A DNA stretch of 20,103 nt from Leptolyngbyaceae cyanobacterium (GTDB taxonomy: Bacteria > Cyanobacteriota > Cyanobacteriia > Phormidesmidales > Phormidesmidaceae), in contig JBHJHA010000093.1 in assembly GCA_050331235.1 (NCBI GenBank), positions 1 through 20,103 on the forward strand, in the 5' to 3' direction. Numbering within the stretch: the first letter of the stretch is position 1; the number at the start of each line of letters is the position of its first letter. The notes under the pieces are model-generated. The model was not told the origin of the DNA. It made no database searches and saw only the letters and a program-made list of their open reading frames with translations. The position numbers and the translations under genes are program-made. This document shows positions 8,100 through 15,014 of this stretch, one piece after another.

Positions 8100-9447
8100 A
8101 GGCCTGCAGTTCGGCAGTGATCCACACCTTTTCGGGATTTGAGAGCACCGTGCCAAATTTATGGGTTTGCGTCCCTGCGCTCAGGGCAATGGTTTTGACC
8201 GGTCGACTGTTTTGGGTGTAGGCGGTCATCATTTCAGCGCTGTAGAGCTCCCGAGCTGCACCAGAATGCTGGCGACGCCAGCCCAACAAGTCCTGGGTCA
8301 GGATGTAGCGATCGCCCGCCACTGCTAAGGAAAACTTACCGGCTAAGGCTTTGAGCAGCATCCAACCCATGGCGCCGCCAATGGCCCAAAACGGTAACGA
8401 GAACAGGGCAAAAAAGAGCGGGGCACCACCAATGAGTGCTGTACTAGTCCACACCAAAATAAAGCCATTCCAAAAGAGGGCGAACAGCCCCAGCCCAACG
8501 GTTTCTCCCCGGAGGCCGGCGGGCGGAATCTGTAGGGATAAGCGATATTGACTACGGCTGAGCTGCACCTTGCTGCCCGCCGGTTTATGGGGCATCACCC
8601 AGGCACTGTCCCGGGCTAGCAGCGGCGGACGCCGGGAGGTAGGGCGGGTCAGAGCCTCTAATGCAGATTCGGCGGAGGCAAAACGGTCTTCGAGCAAAGG
8701 CTCTAGGAGTCCCTCTAGCCAGTCTGCGAGCCCCCCCGATATGGTTACATAGGGGCGAAAGTTAATGCGTAAACGCGTTTGGGGTAAGTCCCCTGTATTT
8801 TGATGGGTGAGTAGATGCAGGAGCGTTGCGCCTAACCCGTACAAATCAGTAGCGGCGTAAGCGTGCCCGCGAAATTGCTCCGGGGCCATGTAACCATAGG
8901 TGCCTACCACAGTGCTGCCAAAGGCCGTGGTCTCACGGTGAACCCGCTGCACCGCCCCAAAATCCACGACATAAATGCCTCCATCTTCCCGTCGAATCAG
9001 GTTTTGCGGCTTGATATCCCGATGAATGATTGGCGGATTGAGCCCGTGTAGGTACTGCAAAACTTCTAGAACGTCAGCCGCAATACACTCGATCTCAGAC
9101 TCGGAGAAGCGATCGCTGGCGGTTACCAGTGCCGCTAGCGACGGCCCTTCAGCAATTTCTTGGGCGATGTAAAACCGGCGATTGTTCGCCGTATCGACTT
9201 GAAAATAATCGACATAATGAGGAATCGCGGGATGGTCTAAGCCCTTTAGTACCTGGGCTTCACGCTCAAACAGTTCTAGCTTTTTCCAGTCATCTAACCC
9301 TTTGAGGGAGAGTTCCTTGAGAGCGACCTGCCGTCCGGTCACGGTATCTTTGGCCCGATAAGTCAAACCGCTGCCACCTTGTCCCAATATCGCCAAGAGT
9401 TCATAACGGGAGTGAATAAGGGTACCAACAGGCTGAGGGTCATGCAT
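8062..9447 (-). CDS. Membrane-associated Hanks-type Ser/Thr protein kinase
   Basis: GQGGSG, VALK, HRDIKPQN, DFG and GTYGYMAPE motifs are all intact. The C-terminal region has two hydrophobic helices (GLFALFWNGFILVW; LFFALFSLPFWAIGG). Confidence 0.93.
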   Translation of the reverse strand: MHDPQPVGTLIHSRYELLAILGQGGSGLTYRAKDTVTGRQVALKELSLKGLDDWKKLELFEREAQVLKGLDHPAIPHYVDYFQVDTANNRRFYIAQEIAEGPSLAALVTASDRFSESEIECIAADVLEVLQYLHGLNPPIIHRDIKPQNLIRREDGGIYVVDFGAVQRVHRETTAFGSTVVGTYGYMAPEQFRGHAYAATDLYGLGATLLHLLTHQNTGDLPQTRLRINFRPYVTISGGLADWLEGLLEPLLEDRFASAESALEALTRPTSRRPPLLARDSAWVMPHKPAGSKVQLSRSQYRLSLQIPPAGLRGETVGLGLFALFWNGFILVWTSTALIGGAPLFFALFSLPFWAIGGAMGWMLLKALAGKFSLAVAGDRYILTQDLLGWRRQHSGAARELYSAEMMTAYTQNSRPVKTIALSAGTQTHKFGTVLSNPEKVWITAELQAFIQQQREARGPR

Positions 9448-9559
9448 GGGGCCAGCGAACAGGAAACTTTACCCTCATTTTGCCCTAAGCGATCGCCCAG
9501 CCATCGCTGACCGCTCGTGATGTTTGAACCGTGGCACCGTGGCGGCGATCGTTCGTCCC

Positions 9560-10603
9560 CTAAGGTGTGGCGGGTGATAATGAGGCCGCATCGCCACCTA
9601 GATGCCAGAGTCGATGTTCCATCCCAAAGGTCTTGACGATATCGGCAATTAAATCCTGATCTCTAGGGGCCAAACGTTTCTGCCAGCTATGAATGCGGTC
9701 GAGAGCTGACTTGCGTTCGGCAGCGGCATTATTCCAATCGGTAGTCGAGGGAGCATCTAAGTCAAGCTCCCCGGAACTGCGCAACCCCAGATCGACAACC
9801 AAGCGCTCAAAGGCTTTACCCTGGGACATCACTAGATCTTCGTACCGAACCAAGCGGTGACGGCGGCTGGGATCAAACTGGAAAGAATCTTCCAGAAATC
9901 GTTCGGTCAAGCAAAAATAGGCAGCGATCCGACCGACTACAGAGCTGTTTTCTAAGGCCTCGATGTCGCTTTGCCACTGCTGAAAGTAGCGGCGGCGGCC
10001 ATCATCGACCTGCAGCAACTGTTCAACAAGGGAGAGTTGATTAAAACTATCCTCCGCAAAATGCCCCCCATCTAAACGGGTGATCGAAGTGACCACCGCA
10101 CGGGGATCACGGCAAACATGGACAATTGGGACTTCAAAGGTCCGCGCGATCGCGTTCAGGCACAACGAAGCACGGGTAAATTTAGTCACGACGGTAGAGG
10201 CAAAACAGTCGCTCAGAGGTTTTCGGCGATCGCCATACATGCGCATCACCAATTGACCTCTCAGCGCGGCGTCAATGGCTTTTCGCGTTTCCGGTAGACG
10301 CTCAAATGAGTCGGACACATAGGGCATGAACGGATTGGCAAACCGAAAATCATGACGGGGGGGCGAAAACTCCGGCAGACACCGTTTGATCGCGAATTGA
10401 CGAGGCGAGTTGTAAATCTCTGAGTTGTGATAATTGAACGGCTCAAAAACACTTCTGGCGTCCAGCATTTTTTCAAGGGTTTCCTGCACCCAAGTCGTGC
10501 CACTGCGCCAAAAACCATTAATAAGAACCTGGCGACGACGTGGTACCGCTGCACCACTCAAAAAGTCACCTAGGTGGCAGACGTAAGAATAAGCTTTATT
10601 CAC
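9560..10603 (-). CDS. PAPS-dependent sulfotransferase family protein
   Basis: 5'-PSB loop GFWRSGTTW followed by FEP, 3'-PB motif VCRDPRAVVTS, VRYEDLV and a C-terminal W-K. The start (GTG 10603) is uncertain. Confidence 0.82.
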   Translation of the reverse strand: MNKAYSYVCHLGDFLSGAAVPRRRQVLINGFWRSGTTWVQETLEKMLDARSVFEPFNYHNSEIYNSPRQFAIKRCLPEFSPPRHDFRFANPFMPYVSDSFERLPETRKAIDAALRGQLVMRMYGDRRKPLSDCFASTVVTKFTRASLCLNAIARTFEVPIVHVCRDPRAVVTSITRLDGGHFAEDSFNQLSLVEQLLQVDDGRRRYFQQWQSDIEALENSSVVGRIAAYFCLTERFLEDSFQFDPSRRHRLVRYEDLVMSQGKAFERLVVDLGLRSSGELDLDAPSTTDWNNAAAERKSALDRIHSWQKRLAPRDQDLIADIVKTFGMEHRLWHLGGDAASLSPATP

Positions 10604-10716
10604 GGGACCCTGTAATCTAGCTGTAACAAAAATAACTTCTTCTACGGCAGTATAGACTCATCCCAAAGGGGTAGACAGTAGTCGATAATACTTACGAATT
10701 AAATAGAGACACACCG

Positions 10717-11442
10717 ATGAACCAGGCGTGGTCATACTCGTTTCCTCCGCTATATTCCGGCACCCTATTAAAGCGCTATAAGCGATTTCTCGCGGACATT
10801 GAGTTAGATGATGGCGAAGTAATCACGGCCCATTGCCCCAACACCGGACCCATGACCGGTGTCTGTCATCTCGGCGGCCGGGTTATGGTGTCTAAAAGTA
10901 CCAATCCCAAACGCAAGCTGGCTTACACCTGGGAGCTTGCAGAAGTCCACGATACGGTGCCCACCTGGGCCGGCGTGAACACAGCCCTCCCGAACCGCGT
11001 AGTCAAGTCGGTGCTTGAGGCGCATTTACTCCCTGAGCTTGGCCAATACAGCCACATTCGTCCAGAGGTCAAGTACGGGACCGAGGGCAAAAGTCGCATT
11101 GACTTTTTGCTCGATGCCAGAGGCGATCGCCCTATTTATGTGGAGGTCAAAAACACCACCTGGGCTCAGAAAACGCTAGCCTTGTTTCCCGATACGGTCA
11201 CCACGCGAGGCCAAAAGCATTTGAAGGAAATGACTCAACTCTTGCCTGAAGCCAGGGCCGTGATGCTTTATTTCATCAATCGGGGTGATTGCACCACCTT
11301 TGCCCCAGGCGATGTAGCTGACCCTACCTACGGAGCACTCCTGCGCCAAGCGATCGCCGCTGGGGTAGAAGTCTTACCCTGTCGGTTCAACATTACTCCA
11401 GAGGAAATTCAATACATAGGATTGGCAGACTTAGCGCTGTAG
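10717..11442 (+). CDS. sfsA: Sugar fermentation stimulation protein A (OB-fold + PD-(D/E)XK nuclease-like DNA-binding protein)
   Basis: RYKRFLAD, HCPNTG, SRIDF, VEVK and FPDTVTTRGQKH motifs. Confidence 0.95.
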   Translation: MNQAWSYSFPPLYSGTLLKRYKRFLADIELDDGEVITAHCPNTGPMTGVCHLGGRVMVSKSTNPKRKLAYTWELAEVHDTVPTWAGVNTALPNRVVKSVLEAHLLPELGQYSHIRPEVKYGTEGKSRIDFLLDARGDRPIYVEVKNTTWAQKTLALFPDTVTTRGQKHLKEMTQLLPEARAVMLYFINRGDCTTFAPGDVADPTYGALLRQAIAAGVEVLPCRFNITPEEIQYIGLADLAL

Positions 11443-11572
11443 CGCCCGCCACTGTCGCCATTGCCGCGATCTCCACTGGGGCTAGATCCACCCTTCATAC
11501 AAAACTTTACAAAATCAAGTAATTGGATGGTCGAACCTGCGGATCGGCAAAGTTTTTCTCGCGGCCCCCTAG

Positions 11573-11687
11573 CTTTCCACAATACACCCGCGATTTTTCC
11601 TCAGAGATCAGTCCTTTTCCACAGCTTTTCCACAGGTGAGCCGTAAAAGGGCAGCTGCTCCGCGATCGATGCTGGGAGTTTTCCACA
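11573..11687 (+). promoter_or_regulatory. Cluster of cyanobacterial-type DnaA boxes
   Basis: Exact TTTTCCACA at 11615-11623, 11626-11634 and 11679-11687. One-mismatch copies CTTTCCACA (11573-11581) and TTTTCCTCA (11595-11603). All are in the same orientation. Confidence 0.7.
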
Positions 11688-12090
11688 ACACTTGGCCATA
11701 CCAATAGGCTACTTCATGGCCAAAAATTTTAAGAAAATTGCCGGCAAAGTCGCTTGACTTGGTAAATCTTAAAAGAAATAAAAACCGGCATAATACAAAC
11801 GTTTTATTGACAGTACTAGGCCCCCTTAGCGCACAATGTAGCGACCAGCTCAAGCAAGCCCAAAAGCGGCTGCACGGTTGCATTACCTGAATGCGTAGAA
11901 CCGCTCTCTACTAATAGAAATGATGTAACCCTGGCGTAATTTTCAATCGACCTGTTTGGAAATTACTGGTTTGAATTCCGCAAAGTATCTATAGCAACAG
12001 CAGGCTGCAATCCTGAACTAGGTTGTGCCTCCTTTGTCAGCGCTTAACAAAAATCGAATCAGCAAATCTCTTTTTCCCTAAGGAGTCCAT

Positions 12091-12294
12091 ATGTATAGCC
12101 GTATCAGCATGCTTTCTGAAATCCCTGAGGATTTGCACCAATCTTTTACCGTTTTTCTCGAAAATCATCCAGAATGGGATCAAGACCGAGTATTTTCTGC
12201 GGCTGTTTCACTCTTTCTTATACAAAATGGCAAGAAAGACAAAGCGACTTCAAGAATTTATTTAGACACGCTATTTGAAGATGTCGCCGCTTAA
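12091..12294 (+). CDS. DUF2811-like small protein (predicted ribbon-helix-helix-like)
   Basis: SD AAGGAG at 12080-12085. The sequence EIPEDLH..FLENHPEWDQDRVFSAAVSLFLIQNG matches the cyanobacterial DUF2811 pattern as I recall it. Confidence 0.85.
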   Translation: MYSRISMLSEIPEDLHQSFTVFLENHPEWDQDRVFSAAVSLFLIQNGKKDKATSRIYLDTLFEDVAA

Positions 12295-12306
12295 ATTTTG
12301 CTTTGG

Positions 12307-12342
12307 GGTTTTGGGGTAGGTCTTTCTGGCTATCCCAAAACC
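12307..12342. terminator. Hairpin between convergent genes (probable bidirectional terminator)
   Basis: GGTTTTGGGGTAG (12307-12319) pairs with CTATCCCAAAACC (12330-12342), 10-nt loop. It lies between the stops of the DUF2811 gene and the metalloenzyme gene. Confidence 0.65.
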
Positions 12343-12413
12343 ACGCCGATGATTTTCCACATCCCAGCAGGTTACTTAAATAGCGGGCTAGAGTATGCCC
12401 TGTCTAAACATAT

Positions 12414-13328
12414 TTACCGGCTGTTTTTGAGAATTTGGACAATTTTGGGCGTAATTGCTGTCAAGTCTGTAACCTGACTAAATTGGCTGGCATGGGCACC
12501 CACAGCAATCAAGGGAATTGCATTCAAAGTGTGTCGCTTGGTCCAGAGGTCTTCAAGGTTACCGTGGTCGCTAGTCATCACCAGCGTGACATTGGCCGGC
12601 AGATTTTCCACAACCTTTTCCACAAACTGATCAACCTGCTGAATTACCCTGATGGCCGGTGCCCAGCGCTGCTGATGCCCAGCATAGTCAGTCAAAAAGC
12701 ATTCAAATAGGGTCAAGGTGTAATGACGACTCAGGCGAGCCAAGCGAGCTCCGGCTACCCCCGGCGTGATTGGGGCAGCCAGAATCCCGCGAACGGCGGC
12801 TCGTTGTCCAGTGATATCCCAGAATATAGCGGCTTCCTGCTCATATTCGCTTTGCATTCGGAAGGGCAGTCCGGCCGTTAGGTTAACCAAAGTTCCCACA
12901 GCGTAGCGTAGGCGGCGCTGGGCGATCGCTTCAAAATAGGCCGGCGAGTAAAGATTGGCCAGCGTAGCGGTGCCGCCCAGGGCCATCACCTGTCGAAATA
13001 GGCTATGGGCGTCAATCAACTGTCGCAGCGACCCATTAGCAAAGCCAGATTGATGGCAGCCGCGAAACTGGGCAGCGTTGATGCCGGTATACAGTGTGGT
13101 TTGTCCAGTCGCGCTTTGAGGTAAACCGGGTACTCCTAGGCAAGCATCTATAGATTTTGCCAAGAGTTGCGGTTGGGAGATAGCGAGGTCAGCCACCAGG
13201 CGATGACTCAGCAACCGCTCTAAAAAGGGCGTGGCTCCGGGGGCACACAGTGGGTTGCCGTCTTGTACTTTGCCCAACCCCACACCATCGAGAAAGAGCA
13301 GGATAAATTGGGGGCGATCGCTGATCAT
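12414..13328 (-). CDS. Alkaline phosphatase superfamily metalloenzyme (phosphopentomutase / iPGM-like)
   Basis: Metal-binding and nucleophile motifs FLDGVG, PQSATGQT, DYAGH, TSDHGN and a C-terminal HT. Confidence 0.85.
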   Translation of the reverse strand: MISDRPQFILLFLDGVGLGKVQDGNPLCAPGATPFLERLLSHRLVADLAISQPQLLAKSIDACLGVPGLPQSATGQTTLYTGINAAQFRGCHQSGFANGSLRQLIDAHSLFRQVMALGGTATLANLYSPAYFEAIAQRRLRYAVGTLVNLTAGLPFRMQSEYEQEAAIFWDITGQRAAVRGILAAPITPGVAGARLARLSRHYTLTLFECFLTDYAGHQQRWAPAIRVIQQVDQFVEKVVENLPANVTLVMTSDHGNLEDLWTKRHTLNAIPLIAVGAHASQFSQVTDLTAITPKIVQILKNSR

Positions 13329-13376
13329 GGTGTTGCCCTAAATCTTCACCAGCCTAGCGTGCTCCCATGGGTGACC

Positions 13377-14927
13377 TCATTCCACACTATCTTGCGGCCT
13401 CTGCTCTGCAGCGCTAGCAAAAGACCGGGGAACTTTGTCTAGGCTGTCCAGGGACTCTAGTTCATCACCAGTGGCCGCTCCCAGATCTTTAAACTTACGA
13501 GCCGTCACTAGGACACGAGATTCTAATGAACCGACAACCTTATTGAAGGCATCAACACTGCTGTCTAGGCCGCGACGCAGCTTTGCCAAGTGGCCGATCA
13601 AGGTGTATGTGCGATCGTACATTTCTTTGCCCAACTGACTGATTTGCTGGGCATTTTCGGCCAGTTTTTCCTGTCGCCAACCATAGGCAACTGCCTTCAA
13701 TAGGGCAATCAGCGTTGTCGGTGTTGCGAGAATCACCCGTTGCTCAACGCCAAATTCGATTAGGGTGGGGTCTTGCTCTAGGGCCGCGCTAAAAAAGGTT
13801 TCCCCCGGCAAAAAGAGAACAACAAACTCTGGAGCAGTCTCAAACTGATCCCAGTAGCCCTTGCTACCCAGTTGGGTCAAATGGGTCCGAATTTGCCGCG
13901 CATGGTGTTGCAGGCGATCGCGCTTTTGGGTGGGCTCATTCACTTCCAGTGCCTCTAAATAGGCCTGGAGGGGCGCTTTGGAATCAACAATGATTTGGCG
14001 CTGATTGGGTAGCTGAATCACCATGTCGGGACGCAGACGACCCTGTTCGGTGGTCACAGAGGCTTGCTGGTAAAAATCACAATATTCCACCATGCCCGCC
14101 ATCTCCACCACGCGCTGTAGCTGAATCTCACCCCAGCGGCCCCTGACCGTCGGCGATCGCAACGCCTTGACCAAGTTGGCCGTTTCGCCCTGCAGTTGGG
14201 TCTGAGCCACAGCGAGGGATCTCACCTGCTCCGTCAGGGTGCTATAGGCGGCGGTGCGGGCAGTTTCGAGCTCTCGTAGATGGGTTTTGACCTGCTGGAG
14301 CGACGTTTGTAGGGGATTTAACAGGGCAGCGATCGCGGCTTGGCGTTGCCCTAGGTCACCCTGGGCTTGGTGTTGAAACTTTGCTAGCAACGTCTCTGCG
14401 AGCTGCATAAACGAACGCGAGTTTTGCTGTAGCGCCTCAGCCGATAACGCCTTGAACGTATGGGTCAACTGGTGCTGAGCCTGTCCCAACAGAGCTTGTT
14501 TCTCTTTGCCTCGGGCTTGCTCTTGCTGTAGATGGGTTTGCACTTCTGCCAGTTGCGATCGCGCCGCGACATAGTGACTTTGCAGTTGCTGTAGTTGGGT
14601 TTCGCGATCCTGGAGCTGTTGCTGAAGCTGGGTTAACTGATCGAGCTGAGCCACAGCAGCGGCGCGCTGCATCGACTCTTGCTGCCAGCTTCTTTGTAGG
14701 GCGTCTAAGCGCTGTTCACGCTTTTGCAGAGCCGTCTGTAACTCTTGCAGTTGTCGATCTTGCTGCTGTAGTCGTTCATAGGCGCTGGCGCGGTCAGCGA
14801 CCATCTCAGCTTGGGCCTGAGCCCGCACCGTTTGTAGGCGAGCTTGCCACCATAGGCTCGCGATCGCCCCGCCAAACACTAGCCCTACCAATCCACCGAT
14901 GAGTCCCTGCAAACGGCAATCCCCCAT
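13377..14927 (-). CDS. rmuC: DNA recombination protein RmuC
   Basis: N-terminal TM helix, long Gln-rich coiled coil, [21 protein letters not shown] (PD-(D/E)XK), FVVLFLPGE and [10 protein letters not shown] motifs. Confidence 0.95.
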   Translation of the reverse strand: MGDCRLQGLIGGLVGLVFGGAIASLWWQARLQTVRAQAQAEMVADRASAYERLQQQDRQLQELQTALQKREQRLDALQRSWQQESMQRAAAVAQLDQLTQLQQQLQDRETQLQQLQSHYVAARSQLAEVQTHLQQEQARGKEKQALLGQAQHQLTHTFKALSAEALQQNSRSFMQLAETLLAKFQHQAQGDLGQRQAAIAALLNPLQTSLQQVKTHLRELETARTAAYSTLTEQVRSLAVAQTQLQGETANLVKALRSPTVRGRWGEIQLQRVVEMAGMVEYCDFYQQASVTTEQGRLRPDMVIQLPNQRQIIVDSKAPLQAYLEALEVNEPTQKRDRLQHHARQIRTHLTQLGSKGYWDQFETAPEFVVLFLPGETFFSAALEQDPTLIEFGVEQRVILATPTTLIALLKAVAYGWRQEKLAENAQQISQLGKEMYDRTYTLIGHLAKLRRGLDSSVDAFNKVVGSLESRVLVTARKFKDLGAATGDELESLDSLDKVPRSFASAAEQRPQDSVE

Positions 14928-14932
14928 AAAGT

Positions 14933-14958
14933 GGTACTACGGTAGCAACATTTGTACT
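14933..14958. promoter_or_regulatory. Two overlapping cyanobacterial LexA-like boxes upstream of rmuC
   Basis: GGTACTACGGTAGC (+, 14933-14946) and AGTACAAATGTTGC (-, 14945-14958). Each is one mismatch from RGTAC-NNN-DGTWCB. They lie 6-31 bp upstream of the rmuC ATG. Confidence 0.55.
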
Positions 14959-15014
14959 AATTCTCAATATCGTTAGTAGTGAGACCGCGAGGCCGCTCAA
15001 TGGCTTCAGCCGAT

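Noticed and set aside
11985..12024. GTA-N8-AAC plus TAGGTT as a class II NtcA promoter for DUF2811
   Set aside because: The site is imperfect and the spacing to the -10-like hexamer is 20 nt rather than about 22. Too weak to call.
11461..12265. Short ORFs in the sfsA-DUF2811 intergenic region (11461-11646, 11507-11704, 11608-11883, 12023-12265)
   Set aside because: No motifs or RBS. They overlap regulatory-looking DNA or the better-supported DUF2811 frame.
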